A stretch of DNA of 64,000 bases from Promethearchaeota archaeon (GTDB lineage: Archaea > Asgardarchaeota > Lokiarchaeia > Sigyniarchaeales > SOKP01), in NCBI GenBank assembly GCA_019058445.1, contig JAHPZA010000010.1, positions 576,001 to 640,000 on the forward strand. The letters run 5' to 3'. The notes under the pieces were generated by a model, which worked only from the letters and a program-made list of their open reading frames with translations, had not been told where the DNA came from and did not search any database. Positions 32,151 to 43,313 of this stretch are shown here, in pieces. Within the stretch, counting starts at the first letter, position 1. The number at the start of each line of letters is the position of its first letter. The position numbers were made by a program, and so were the translations under genes.

Positions 32151-32696
32151 CTAAGCATGAGTCAGAAGTGAAGATTTTTCTAAAATTTCTACAGCCAATT
32201 CATTAAAAGCTTTTTCTACATTAACACTTGTTTTAGCAGAAGTTATAATCAATTCCATATTATTTTTTTCTGCAAATTCTTTCGCTTCTTGTTCGTCTAT
32301 TTTTATCTCGTTTTTTAAATCTACTTTATTTCCAACCAAATATAATGGTTCTTCTCCCCGAATTTCTTTGAAACTTTGTATCCATTCATCGAGTTTCTCA
32401 AAAGACTCTCTGTTTGTGAGGTCAAAAACGACTAAAGCACCCCTACTTCCCTCAAGATATAATTTTCGAAGTGTTTTGAATTCTTCTTGACCTCCGAGAT
32501 CCCAGATCTGCAGGCCTATTAACCCATGATTTTTCAATTCAAAATTCTTTGTTAAAATATTTACTCCCAAAGTTATCTTATAATCTCCACTGAATTTATC
32601 CTCAATGAACCTATAAATTAATGAAGTTTTCCCTACCCTCGGTTCTCCAAGAATGCAAATTTTAAATTTAAAGCTTGTTTCGGTCATAATTATCAA
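32151..32696 (-). CDS. Rab-like small GTPase with canonical motifs
   Basis: GEPRVGKT, TLGV, WDLGGQ, GNKVD, TSAKT. Confidence 0.93.
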   Translation of the reverse strand: MIIMTETSFKFKICILGEPRVGKTSLIYRFIEDKFSGDYKITLGVNILTKNFELKNHGLIGLQIWDLGGQEEFKTLRKLYLEGSRGALVVFDLTNRESFEKLDEWIQSFKEIRGEEPLYLVGNKVDLKNEIKIDEQEAKEFAEKNNMELIITSAKTSVNVEKAFNELAVEILEKSSLLTHA

Positions 32697-33001
32697 ATTG
32701 ATTTGTATTTTTAAAATTTGAATATCTCACTATTAATGGATTATTTCTATTAATAAATTTATTGTTTTTCTCAATACAAATAAAAATTCTTCAATACATT
32801 TTACAATTTATAGGATGATTCAAATTTGTCATAATTGTCAAGAATAATATGTTCTAATATTGGTCTATAATTAACTATAATTTTTGTACATTTCTGTTAA
32901 TTAGTTAGCCCAAATTTTCGCTTATGAAGAACTAATTAAGAATATTTAAAAAAGATCGAATATGAATAATAGTTATCGTTTTTACATTCACGGCGAATAA
33001 A

Positions 33002-35851
33002 ATGAAATCTAATTTAAAAATAAAAATTACGATCCTTTTAGGATTTTTACTCTTATTATCGAGCAATATTGTGAATTATAATGCACAATTAAATAACAGA
33101 AATGTTAGCGAAACCAATAATAATGATTATACAAAAACTCCAAATTCAGCAGGATATTGGGAACTTTCTTACATTCACGTCGATGATAATTGGACTGCTG
33201 CTGCCGGTGAGGAATGGTGTACCTTTGAAAATGGGGTTTATCTTATTGAAAATATTACTCTACAAGGATCAGGAATGGGGATAAGTGTTTTAATTGAGAA
33301 TACAGATGAGTCTTTTATAATTAGGAATTGTAGTATTAAACAATATTCAATCGGAATTCAACTTGAAAATGCAAGTAACGGTTTAATAACAAACTGTAAC
33401 ATTTCTAATATAGATAATGTTGCGATTTTATTGTCAGATTCCGATAATAACACTATTTCTTACAATTTAATTGATGATGTAAATGGTGTAGATGGTATTG
33501 ATGGTGGAGCAGGAGCTAATGGATCTGAAGGTACAGATATATTTGGATTGTTTATTACGAATTGTAGTAAAATAAAGATTGAAAAGAATAATTTTACAAA
33601 TATAATTGGCGGAAATGGAGGTATGGGTGGTTCAGGTATAAGTGGAAATCCCGGTCAAGCAGGTGGAAAAGGGGGTGATGGCGGAAATGCATACGGTATT
33701 TATATTAGAGAAGCAAATGGAATTAATTTAACTTCCAATAAAGTGTCATATATCCAAGGTGGAAGTGGAGGAATTGGTGGATTAGGAGGAAGTGGCCTAA
33801 CAGGGTCAGATGGAAGTGATGGTGGTCTTGGTGAAAATGGTGAAAATGGTGGAGATGGTGGCAATGGGGGTAATGGAGGAGATAGTGGAAATGGAGGTTG
33901 GGCAATAGGTATTTATTATGAAAATGGATCGAATTTGTTTAATGAAAAAAATCAGATCCATTACATTAAAAGTGGAGGAACTGGAGCAGGAGGAAATGGA
34001 GGCATAGGAGGAGATGGTGGTCTTGGTGGGGATGGTGGTGATAGTAATCCCCCAACATCATACAGCGGAATTGGAGGTAGTGGAGGTAACGGAGGAGACG
34101 GTGGAATTGGAGGAGCTGCTGGGGAAGGGGGAAAGTCAATCGGTATCTTCTACAATGATTCATTAATAATTTTGAATGTCGAAAATAATATTTCCAATAT
34201 CGAAGGGGGAAATGGAGGAAATGGAGGACTTGGTGGTAATGGAGGTGATGGAGGACTTGGTGGTAATGGAGGAAATGGTGCGGATTTAACTTTTATGGAA
34301 GGAGGAGATGGTGGAATTGGAGGTTCCGGTGGAGAAGGTGGTAAAGGAGGAAATGGAGGAATAGGAGGTGCAGCATTCGGGATGTATTATAGAAATGTTT
34401 CAGATATAACAAATCAAAAAAATAATATTTCAGCTATAATAAGTGGTCACGGAGGAACTGGAGGAAGTGGAGGAAGTGGAATGTATGGGGGTGATGGCGG
34501 ATTAGGGGGAAATGGAGGAGACAACATTATGACAAATGCGGGAGATGGTGGTGATGGAGGAAATGGAGGAATAGGAGGAAATAGTGGTTTTGGTGGAAAT
34601 GGTGCTGAAGGGGGTTTAGTATCAGGATTATTTTTTGAAAATGCTTCATTTATAGTTAATCAAGAAAATAAGATTACTGAAATATATTGTGGTAACGGTG
34701 GAGCGGGTGGCCAAGGTAGTTTGGCATTTGATGGTGGTGATGGAGGAAATGGAGGTGACGGAGGAACCTCAACCTATGCTATGGATGGTTATGATGGGAA
34801 TGGCGGAAATGGGGGAAATGGAGGAAATGGTGGGAATGGAGGAAATGGAGTTAATGGAAATAATGCTTATGGTATTTATCTTTTTAATATTTCAGATATT
34901 TCAAATATTCAAAATAATATTTCAATAATTCAAGGAGGCCAAGCTGGGAATGGCGGAAATGGGGGAAATGGAGGAGATGGCGGAAATGGGGGAAATGGAT
35001 TTACTCAAGGAGATGATGGGAACGGGGGAAATGGAGGAGATGGAGGAGATGGAGAAAACGGGGGAGAAGCCATTGGTATGTTTTTCAAAGAGATATTTTA
35101 TGGATCAAACCAGATAAATCAAATATCAAGGATTTTTGAAGGGAATTCTGGGAGTGGGGGATTGCAAGGTAACCCAGGATCAGGAGAGTCCCAAGGAACT
35201 GCGGGAACCAATGGCATAGCAGGTATAGATGGGATATCTTATGGATTCTTTTTTATCAATTCGCAGTCTATTATCTCCATAATAAATGAAGTATTTTGTG
35301 ATAGCAATTATGATGACGGAATGAAAAATCTATGGGATAATGGAACTATTGGAAACTATTGGAGCTCATATGTAGGAATTGATATGGCCCCGAAAGATGG
35401 AATTGGAGACTCAAATTACATACTATTAGGAGCCTTTGCAAATGATACAAAACCACTCCTGTTTACCTTATTCGATGATGAAGATGGGGATGGATTAGTT
35501 AATTATGAAGAATATATATTAGGTTTAGATGGTTATGCTACCAATGTAACCAATTCTGACTCAGATTACGATGAACTTTCAGATTATTGGGAGTGGCAGA
35601 ACTCCACAAATCCCTGGAACGAAGACACTGATGGAGATGGATACTCTGATAAATGGGAGCTCGATAATGGTCATGATCCATTAGACCCAAACGATCCTCC
35701 AAAGATTATTTCCTCAGGTGGAGGAGGTGGTGGAGGAGGGAGCAGCAGTAATGATAGTAGCGAAACTACAATCCCCGGATATGATATTTTCATTTTGCTT
35801 GGGATGATCAGCGTAATTATAGTTATAATCATTAAAAAGCGATTTAAATAA
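33002..35851 (+). CDS. Secreted/surface protein: beta-helix (NosD/CASH-like) with PGRS-like Gly-rich inserts, Ca-binding DxDxDG repeats and C-terminal IPGY-TM sorting tail
   Basis: Signal-like N-terminus; GI.L..S.N..I..N.I repeats; (GGxGGx)n blocks; [23 protein letters not shown]; IPGY + TM + KKRFK. Confidence 0.82.
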   Translation: MKSNLKIKITILLGFLLLLSSNIVNYNAQLNNRNVSETNNNDYTKTPNSAGYWELSYIHVDDNWTAAAGEEWCTFENGVYLIENITLQGSGMGISVLIENTDESFIIRNCSIKQYSIGIQLENASNGLITNCNISNIDNVAILLSDSDNNTISYNLIDDVNGVDGIDGGAGANGSEGTDIFGLFITNCSKIKIEKNNFTNIIGGNGGMGGSGISGNPGQAGGKGGDGGNAYGIYIREANGINLTSNKVSYIQGGSGGIGGLGGSGLTGSDGSDGGLGENGENGGDGGNGGNGGDSGNGGWAIGIYYENGSNLFNEKNQIHYIKSGGTGAGGNGGIGGDGGLGGDGGDSNPPTSYSGIGGSGGNGGDGGIGGAAGEGGKSIGIFYNDSLIILNVENNISNIEGGNGGNGGLGGNGGDGGLGGNGGNGADLTFMEGGDGGIGGSGGEGGKGGNGGIGGAAFGMYYRNVSDITNQKNNISAIISGHGGTGGSGGSGMYGGDGGLGGNGGDNIMTNAGDGGDGGNGGIGGNSGFGGNGAEGGLVSGLFFENASFIVNQENKITEIYCGNGGAGGQGSLAFDGGDGGNGGDGGTSTYAMDGYDGNGGNGGNGGNGGNGGNGVNGNNAYGIYLFNISDISNIQNNISIIQGGQAGNGGNGGNGGDGGNGGNGFTQGDDGNGGNGGDGGDGENGGEAIGMFFKEIFYGSNQINQISRIFEGNSGSGGLQGNPGSGESQGTAGTNGIAGIDGISYGFFFINSQSIISIINEVFCDSNYDDGMKNLWDNGTIGNYWSSYVGIDMAPKDGIGDSNYILLGAFANDTKPLLFTLFDDEDGDGLVNYEEYILGLDGYATNVTNSDSDYDELSDYWEWQNSTNPWNEDTDGDGYSDKWELDNGHDPLDPNDPPKIISSGGGGGGGGSSSNDSSETTIPGYDIFILLGMISVIIVIIIKKRFK

Positions 35852-36124
35852 CGATTATATATCTTTATCTATTTTTTTCTAAACTTTTTTTTACTAATCT
35901 AAATATATAGAAAAAAATTTTAAACAAATCTAAATGAATTAAATTAATTTTCCTTTAGATTTAGTTAAATCAATTGAATCAAAATGATCTCCAATGTCCT
36001 TAATTTTTTCTGAAAATTTATCGCGTAAATTATCATTTCTAATAAAAAAAATCCAAATATTTAAAAATCATTTAGACTAATTTGTAACATTCCAATTGAT
36101 CAATTAAGAAATTATTAATTAACC

Positions 36125-36770
36125 GTGGAGAAATCTATGGGAATTACTTATGGTTATACCATCCCATCAATTTTCGGTATAATATATATCACATTATCAA
36201 TTTTATTAGGTATACTTCTATTTCTAGCTGGAAGGAGACTAAGTGAAGAAGAAAAAGTATTTAATAATTCATATTTATTCAAGTTAGCTGGTATATTAAT
36301 TATTATAGATACAATTATATTTTTAGCGATTCCCGATATTATAGATTATTCTGAATCCGATTTCCAAGCTGTTTTGTTCTATTATACAACTTTAATGATT
36401 ATAAGTATAATTGTAGGAATAATTATTTTTGGAATCATCTTTATAAAGATTGGATTAGCTAATCCAGAACAGAATGGTAAAATATTATTTTATTCAGGTG
36501 TCTTCTGGCTTATTGGTTATGCAATTAATATTGTCTATTGGATACTCAATTGGACTTTATTTTCAGGTTCAAGAGAAACATATTTAAGATGGAGATATGT
36601 ATTTGTCCTACTTCAATTTAGTTTATTCTTTGTATATATCGTTGCATTTATCTTATTTTTTCCAATTTAGCTTTAAATCTAATGAATCTAACTTAAAAAT
36701 TGCGGCCCTTATCATATTAGCTCAAGAGATAGTTTTTATAATCGAGTCTATAACTTATTCTGTTGTTTAA
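36125..36770 (+). pseudogene. Membrane protein paralog with a +1 frameshift in a T run near the 3' end
   Basis: ORF stops at 36670, but removing one T from the T6 run (36656-36661) gives ...FFQFSFKSNESNLKIAALIILAQ...* to 36770, matching the paralog's FFQFSFASKELNLKTSTLIIFAQ. Confidence 0.65.
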
Positions 36771-36783
36771 ATAAACTTAAAAA

Positions 36784-37428
36784 TTGTGTATTAAATTTAT
36801 GACAATCACATTTGGATATCTCTTCCCATCAATTTTTAGTATTATTTATGCCATTTTAACATTTTTATTAGGTATTTTTCTATACTTAGCTGGAAAGAGC
36901 CTAAATGAGGAAGAAAAGTCATTTAATAATGCGAATTTATTTAAAGTGGCTGCTATGATATGTATTACGTGGGAAATCATCTATTTAGCGATTCCTGATG
37001 TCATAGATTATTCTAATTCGGATTATCTGGCAGTTGTTATATATCGTTATACTTTATTCATTATCGAGCTTCTCATACATATCATTACGATAGGATTGAT
37101 TTTCATTATAATTGGATTAGCTAATCCAGAACAAAATGGCAAAAAATTGTTTTATTCAGGTATATTTTGGATTATTAGTCATACGGCTTATATATTTTAC
37201 ACAATATTCTATTTGATTTTATATTCAACTCCAGAAAATTCATATTCAATGATATGGAGTATTACTATTTTATGTTCTCTTACATTTTTTTATACTTATA
37301 TTGTTGCATTTATTCTATTCTTTCAATTTAGCTTTGCATCAAAAGAATTAAATCTTAAGACCTCTACTCTTATTATTTTTGCTCAAATGATAAATTTTAT
37401 AATTAGGTTAACACAACATCTTATTTAA
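36784..37428 (+). CDS. Multi-pass membrane protein, tandem paralog of 36125 gene
   Basis: Shared PSIF.IIY, EEEK.FNN..LFK, LAIPD.IDYS, IGLANPEQNGK..FYSG. Confidence 0.75.
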   Translation: MCIKFMTITFGYLFPSIFSIIYAILTFLLGIFLYLAGKSLNEEEKSFNNANLFKVAAMICITWEIIYLAIPDVIDYSNSDYLAVVIYRYTLFIIELLIHIITIGLIFIIIGLANPEQNGKKLFYSGIFWIISHTAYIFYTIFYLILYSTPENSYSMIWSITILCSLTFFYTYIVAFILFFQFSFASKELNLKTSTLIIFAQMINFIIRLTQHLI

Positions 37429-37479
37429 GCTCTAAATTTTAATAAAAATAGTTAATCAAAAAAAAAAGAAAAAAAAGAT

Positions 37480-37737
37480 TTAGCCTATTTCTACATCCAT
37501 TTTCTTACGCTCTTCAAGGAGATCGTCAACTACAGATGGATCGGCTAAGGTTGTGACATTTCCAATATCAGTACCAGATGCGATAGCTTTTAAAATTCGA
37601 CGCATAATTTTACCACTTCTGGTTTTTGGAAGGGCATCTGCAAATTGAACGACATCTGGTTGAAAGACTGGTCCGATCTCTTGTCGAAAATGCATTTTAA
37701 TGTCGTGTTTCAAATCTACAAATTTTTCAATTCTCAT
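37480..37737 (-). pseudogene. acs: Duplicated 3'-terminal fragment of acetyl-CoA synthetase
   Basis: Last ~65 aa (EIGPVFQPD...[14 protein letters not shown]...MDVEIG*) identical to the C-terminus of the 45051 gene; no upstream acs sequence. Confidence 0.85.
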
Positions 37738-37831
37738 AAATATTATTATAACTCTGTTTATTTTGTTTTAATCCATAATTTTTTATAACCCTAACTCAAT
37801 ATATTTAAATTAAAGATTATTAAGCAAAACT

Positions 37832-38422
37832 ATGCCAAAATGGGAAAAAGATAATATTAGAGGGAAAGAAATCTATAGGAACAAGCCAGTTAAACCTGAA
37901 TATTGCTTAGTTTATTTATTACTGGTTATATCGTTAATATTTATCCCCTTTATGATTGTTGCCACATATGAGCATTACTTTTCTCTTGAATTGTTTACTA
38001 TTCTTGTTATTATCTCTATTATTCTCCTTTTATTTATTATTCGGATGTTTTTTTCCTATATAACATTCTATGATAAAGGTGTGCTTCTGAGATCAAGAAT
38101 CCCAATTCTTAACTTCTTTCCTAAATTTTATCCGTGGGAGGAAATTGTTGGATGCAAAATTATAAACTTTATTGTAAAAGGAGGTATGGGCGCGGGTAAA
38201 CATAAAATGCTTACAATATATTTTTCGAATCAACACACTTATGAAATGGATGTTACACAATGTCCTGATTTTGAGAAAATATATGAATTAATTCAAAATT
38301 ATAAAAAAGGAAAGGGTGAAATTCCCCAAGAAATCATATTCTGTCCGAGATGTGGGGCAGGAAATTACTATTTTAAGGATAATATCTGCATTATGTGTGG
38401 AACTAAAGTACTTGATTCTTAA
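37832..38422 (+). CDS. Two-TM membrane protein with PH-like domain and C-terminal zinc ribbon
   Basis: 2 TM helices, YDKGVLLRS...WEEI, CPRCG...CIMCG. Confidence 0.6.
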   Translation: MPKWEKDNIRGKEIYRNKPVKPEYCLVYLLLVISLIFIPFMIVATYEHYFSLELFTILVIISIILLLFIIRMFFSYITFYDKGVLLRSRIPILNFFPKFYPWEEIVGCKIINFIVKGGMGAGKHKMLTIYFSNQHTYEMDVTQCPDFEKIYELIQNYKKGKGEIPQEIIFCPRCGAGNYYFKDNICIMCGTKVLDS

Positions 38423-39366
38423 TTATTTTTATTTAAATTAGGAAAATACCATTTCTCACCTTTTAAATAGGAACCCACTTTTTTAGCCAAATTTTTATTT
38501 TCTAAAAATTTCAAGGTTCTTTCTATTCTATAATGATCCCATGACTTTTCAGATATAATATCATCATAGGTAATATAATCTTTTTTTGCAGCTATTTCTA
38601 AAATTGCTTTAATATCTGAGGAAAGTTCACTTGGTATAAATTCAACAATAATAATATTGCCCTCGTCAAGATTCTTAATACCCTCAATTAATTTATTTTT
38701 TTCTAATTTTTTTAAGGAGTCAACTATGTCAGTTGGTTTTCCGTCGAAAGATGGATAATTAGATTTAATATATGAATACAATTCTAAAATTGAAATAACT
38801 CCACCAGTATTAATAATTAATGTATTTCCAATTTCTAATAAAAAAGATTGTAAAACTTCATCATAATTAGCGTCATCTGTTTTTGGAACTTTAGGAATAT
38901 GCCTTTTTTTAATTTGAATTTCTTTTAATTCCTCTTCTTTTAATTTCTTAACTTTTTCTTCAAAAATTTCACTTGTGACATCAATCATTTCTGAATTTAA
39001 CATCTTATCATTCATTTTTTCTGCTTTCTCTAAAAATTTCTGAGCCTTTTTACTACCTAAGATACTGGCTCGATGAAAACTAAAATATGCTCTTCCATCA
39101 TCATTTAATTGGAAATAATTAGCTGCTAAATTCAACCAAGCTTTCTTATCATGCTGATTTATTTTTATCGCTTCTTTACAACATTCTATTGAATCTTGAT
39201 ATGATTTTAATTGAAAATATTCTGCAGCCAAATTGCTCCATGCTTTGTAATGATATGGATTTTTAGCGACACATTTCTCATAACAATTTATAGCATTTCT
39301 CGAATTATTTAGACTGGAATGATATTTGCCTAATTCGAACCAATCTTCAGCATTTTCTTCTGTCAA
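38419..39366 (-). CDS. TPR protein fused to an EAP30/Vps22/Vps36-like (ESCRT-II) winged-helix region
   Basis: Three TPRs (AWSNLAAEY, AWLNLAANY); C-terminal GGVISILELY...DIVDSLKKL...PSELSSD...ILEIA...YIT...W...R.E.TL..L...WYFP resembles Vps22/SNF8. Confidence 0.7.
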   Translation of the reverse strand: MTEENAEDWFELGKYHSSLNNSRNAINCYEKCVAKNPYHYKAWSNLAAEYFQLKSYQDSIECCKEAIKINQHDKKAWLNLAANYFQLNDDGRAYFSFHRASILGSKKAQKFLEKAEKMNDKMLNSEMIDVTSEIFEEKVKKLKEEELKEIQIKKRHIPKVPKTDDANYDEVLQSFLLEIGNTLIINTGGVISILELYSYIKSNYPSFDGKPTDIVDSLKKLEKNKLIEGIKNLDEGNIIIVEFIPSELSSDIKAILEIAAKKDYITYDDIISEKSWDHYRIERTLKFLENKNLAKKVGSYLKGEKWYFPNLNKNN

Positions 39367-39377
39367 GGATTAAGTAC

Positions 39378-41444
39378 TTACCTCTTAAGTTGTTCTCCAC
39401 AGTAGGGACAAATTTTATAATCTTCTGAAAATGATTTCTTGCATAAGGGACAAGTTGGTTTCTTTATTTCTATATACTTTCTTTTAGGAGTTATAACAAT
39501 CGGCTGATTAGGAATAATTTTTAATCCTATTTTATTCTTTTTAAAAATATTTATAAATTTACCTAAGAATTTAGGAGTTCGGTACATGATTTCTTCTTCG
39601 GTCTTTTTATTATAAATGATGATAAATTTGTCAGTATTTTTATTTATTACAAACACTCTAATTTGACGATTTTCACCCATTTTGATTTTCTGTTGATTTA
39701 AAGGAATTTTATATTTTTTTCTCTTAATAGATAACTCTATTATTTCAGTAGTTTTTGGTAGAATAAATTCTGGTAGTTCTAATTTAGCTTTATTATTTCT
39801 TATAAAATTATAGAATTTTTCTCTCGAGGCTAATGAACATGTACTACAAATCTTTTTCTTTATAGATATATGATTTCTACAATATATTTCATGACAAGAT
39901 CTACATTCAAAAGTATCCTCAGAACAATAAGTATTCTCACAATATGTACAAATAACTGAATGTTCAACGCAAGTGTAACGATTACAAATTTTACATTCAA
40001 TTCCACAATTATTATTATTTCTACAAATTTCCTTTCCACACGTTAGGCAATATGCTCCACATTCAGGACATAAATTTTTACCGCATTCTTCGCAAATTAA
40101 CAAGTGAATCTTGCAAATCCACTTATTTATTCTTCCAAGTTTTTTACAATTCTCACATTCATAAGAATGCTCAGCACACATAGGTAATCCACACGCAGAA
40201 CAGAAATTCATATTACAAGAATCACATATTTCATTATTACATTCATAGCATTGATAGGAGCATTTTAATCTTGAAAGATGAAGATTTTGACAAACTTTTC
40301 CTTGTAATATTGGTTTTCCACAAGAACACTTAATAGGGATAAGCCGATTATTGAATATATCATATTCGAATTTTTTTTCTAAAATCCCATAATCAGAAGT
40401 TATTTTACAATTAAAATAAAAAATAGCTGGAACATATATCATTGATGCTCCAATTAAATCATATATTGAATTGATTTGATAAATGTTTTTATACTCATTA
40501 ATTTTGAAATCTCTTTCCTTTTTAATCATTTCAAACTCTGTTTTCAATTCAATTAATGTTTCCTTTTTATTCCTTTCATTAGCAGATATAATTCTTGCTT
40601 GAATGTCCTCGATTCTTTGTTTGTAATAATTTTCAACGATATCGAGTTCCTTTCTTAATACTTCGTTCAATCTCCCCATTACTATAGTTTTTTGCTTTCT
40701 AGTAGATAATTCAATATCCGATATTGTTTTATGGATTAAATTAGCAAAGGTCTTTTCATTTACTTCCAATATTTCACCTTTAATTGGCATTTTGTTTGTT
40801 AAATCTGGATTAAGCTTATCAAAATATTTTATTAGTTGATTTTTATAATGATTAACATCAAAATTTATATTTTCTCTGTCAGGATCTATAAGAGGAATAA
40901 TAGGTTTTTCTATAAAAGCAATAGATTCTATGGATTTGATTTGAACTTTTAGTAAGAAAATTAAAAAAGGAATATATTTAATATAATAACCTAAAGATTC
41001 AATTTCTCCATTGATTACATATTTCTTACTTGAGATTTTAAAGAATTCAAAGAAATTATTAAACATTTCATCAAATGAGTGTATAGGATCAAATTCGAAA
41101 GGAATAAAAGCTTTAGCAATTCGTCCCTTTTTAGATATTTCATTTATGAAATATTCTAGTTTTTTATTATTATAAGTTATTAATTCTGCTTCAGGATATC
41201 TTAGAGATGATTTGTGATCAAAAACATATTTGAATTCAGGATATAATGAATTCGGTTTATAAATTTCTAACAATCCTTCCGTTTCTCTTACTATAAATCC
41301 TAAATAATTATAATATCTTTTGACTAGATCACTTAAATTATTTTTTTTATACCCCAACATTTCAGAAAATTGATCTAGGTTCTTTTCTATATTTAACTCC
41401 TTAGAGTTTTTATTATAGTTGATATAATCCTTATTTCTCTTCAT
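39378..41444 (-). CDS. YqhG-like protein with coiled coil and long Cys/His-rich zinc-binding array
   Basis: Coiled coil ELDIVENYYKQRI; many CxxC...CxxH/C units; terminal double zinc ribbon; directly downstream of the SNF2 gene. Confidence 0.6.
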   Translation of the reverse strand: MKRNKDYINYNKNSKELNIEKNLDQFSEMLGYKKNNLSDLVKRYYNYLGFIVRETEGLLEIYKPNSLYPEFKYVFDHKSSLRYPEAELITYNNKKLEYFINEISKKGRIAKAFIPFEFDPIHSFDEMFNNFFEFFKISSKKYVINGEIESLGYYIKYIPFLIFLLKVQIKSIESIAFIEKPIIPLIDPDRENINFDVNHYKNQLIKYFDKLNPDLTNKMPIKGEILEVNEKTFANLIHKTISDIELSTRKQKTIVMGRLNEVLRKELDIVENYYKQRIEDIQARIISANERNKKETLIELKTEFEMIKKERDFKINEYKNIYQINSIYDLIGASMIYVPAIFYFNCKITSDYGILEKKFEYDIFNNRLIPIKCSCGKPILQGKVCQNLHLSRLKCSYQCYECNNEICDSCNMNFCSACGLPMCAEHSYECENCKKLGRINKWICKIHLLICEECGKNLCPECGAYCLTCGKEICRNNNNCGIECKICNRYTCVEHSVICTYCENTYCSEDTFECRSCHEIYCRNHISIKKKICSTCSLASREKFYNFIRNNKAKLELPEFILPKTTEIIELSIKRKKYKIPLNQQKIKMGENRQIRVFVINKNTDKFIIIYNKKTEEEIMYRTPKFLGKFINIFKKNKIGLKIIPNQPIVITPKRKYIEIKKPTCPLCKKSFSEDYKICPYCGEQLKR

Positions 41445-41458
41445 TATTAAAACTTTAT

Positions 41459-43291
41459 TTAATATTTTTCTATTAAAGATTCAACATCTAGTACTTTTTC
41501 TGATATTTCTCCTTGCAATTCAATTTTATCTACAACAGGGTTGATTAATTTTTCGAGTTCGTTCCTTAATTTCTCGGAATGTCCATATTTAACAAAATAT
41601 TTCATTATCTCTCCTTCCAACTTTGTACTTCTTCCATCAGCGTTAGATTTTATTAGACTTCCTAAAATATGATTTAAATCCCCAAGAATTGTACGAAACA
41701 CGCCAATTTTTTTATAAAGAAGATCTAATACGTATTGTTCTATAGTATTCTTTGTTGTTAGATTAAATATATAGACTTTCTTTGATTTTTGAGTTAATCG
41801 ATAAACCCTTCCAATACGTTGTTCTATTCTCATGGGATTCCATGGCAAATCAAAATTTATGATTGTATTTGCAACTTGTAAGTTGATTCCCTCTGATCCG
41901 GCATCAGTACTCAGCATGATATCTTTTTCATCCCAGAATTTCTTCATTACTTCTGCTCTTTTTGTAGATGAGAGTTCGCCGCTGAATTTAATGAACGAAT
42001 AATCCTCTGATTTTAAATGATCTGAAATATAATCTAATGAATCTCTAAATTCTGTGAAAATAACACATTTATGAGGAATTTGATCTAAAATCTTTTTAAG
42101 ATTTATTAATTTGGAACTTTCTCGTTTATTGAGAATAACAGCCAAGTTATGAAATGCTTCTAAGATTTGAATACTTGCGGTATCAAATTTATTTGTTTTT
42201 CTTGAACTAATCATTTTTAAGATTGTGTTATCAGCCGCCACGGTACTTGAACAAATTCTTCGCTGCAATAACATGAGTGTGAATTTATGCAACCATAATT
42301 TTCTATTGAAATATCGCTTTGAAGGTATACTATATTTGTTGATGAGCTTACTTTTAGCTTCTTTATATTCAATATTATTCTTATCAGTTCCTTTTTCCAA
42401 CTCATCATAGGAAGTACAAATATAATCACAAACAGTATTATAAAATTTCCATTCTGCCTCATCCATCTCAAATTGAATAGTATTTGCAACTCGTTCAGGA
42501 AAGAAAATCCCCTTAATTTCATCTCTTTTCCTTCTTATCATAATCTGATTTAATTCCCTACGTAATTGTAAAGGATTATTACATGCTCTTTTATCATTTG
42601 GAACAGCATATTCTTTTTTGAATTGTTTATAACTTCCAAAAATAGGTTTCATTAAAGTTACCAGACTAAAAATATCTTTTAGATAATTCTCCATTGGTGT
42701 TGCTGTTAATAGAAGCATATATTTCTTTCTTAATTGATTTAAAAATTTCCACCCTTTTGATTTCCGATTCTTTACTCTATGCGCCTCATCAATAATAACC
42801 ATATCCCAAGGTTTAGATAAGATCTTATCTGAATAACGGGTTGCTAAATTAATAGTTGTTATATATTGACTTTGATTAAAATTTCCTCTTCCGGTAGCAA
42901 TGACAGGTATTTCTAAATTAAATTTTTCAATAAGTTCATTATGCCACTGATTAATTAAAGAAGAGGGAGTTACAATAATGAATGAATTAACTAAATTCCT
43001 TATTTTCAGCTCAGATAAAATTGTTAGTGCTATTATTGTTTTACCTAACCCAACTTCATCTGCCAATAACGCACTTCCTTGCATGTTTTGAAGTACTTGT
43101 AAAACTGCTTTCTCCTGATGAGGAAAAAGGGAAAAATTAAAATCTTCTGTTGAAAGCAAAAATTGAAATCCACTAATAAGTGAAACCCTCTGAGCAAGTT
43201 CCAATAGAAAAAACCATTCAGAATTCCCAAATTTTGAATTTTGAACATTTTTAAAAAGTTCTAAAACTTGTTTTTCTAATTCTTCAGGCAT
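41459..43291 (-). CDS. SNF2-family DEAD/DEAH helicase (YqhH-like)
   Basis: LADEVGLGKT, IIDEAH, LLTATP..N, STDAGSEGINLQ, DLPWNPMRIEQRIGRVYR. Confidence 0.92.
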   Translation of the reverse strand: MPEELEKQVLELFKNVQNSKFGNSEWFFLLELAQRVSLISGFQFLLSTEDFNFSLFPHQEKAVLQVLQNMQGSALLADEVGLGKTIIALTILSELKIRNLVNSFIIVTPSSLINQWHNELIEKFNLEIPVIATGRGNFNQSQYITTINLATRYSDKILSKPWDMVIIDEAHRVKNRKSKGWKFLNQLRKKYMLLLTATPMENYLKDIFSLVTLMKPIFGSYKQFKKEYAVPNDKRACNNPLQLRRELNQIMIRRKRDEIKGIFFPERVANTIQFEMDEAEWKFYNTVCDYICTSYDELEKGTDKNNIEYKEAKSKLINKYSIPSKRYFNRKLWLHKFTLMLLQRRICSSTVAADNTILKMISSRKTNKFDTASIQILEAFHNLAVILNKRESSKLINLKKILDQIPHKCVIFTEFRDSLDYISDHLKSEDYSFIKFSGELSSTKRAEVMKKFWDEKDIMLSTDAGSEGINLQVANTIINFDLPWNPMRIEQRIGRVYRLTQKSKKVYIFNLTTKNTIEQYVLDLLYKKIGVFRTILGDLNHILGSLIKSNADGRSTKLEGEIMKYFVKYGHSEKLRNELEKLINPVVDKIELQGEISEKVLDVESLIEKY

Positions 43292-43313
43292 CTATCTAAG
43301 ATCTCCGGTATTT

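Noticed and set aside
33490-35230. CRISPR array or non-coding tandem repeat
   Set aside because: The repeats are Gly codons within a continuous ORF, with no repeat-spacer periodicity.
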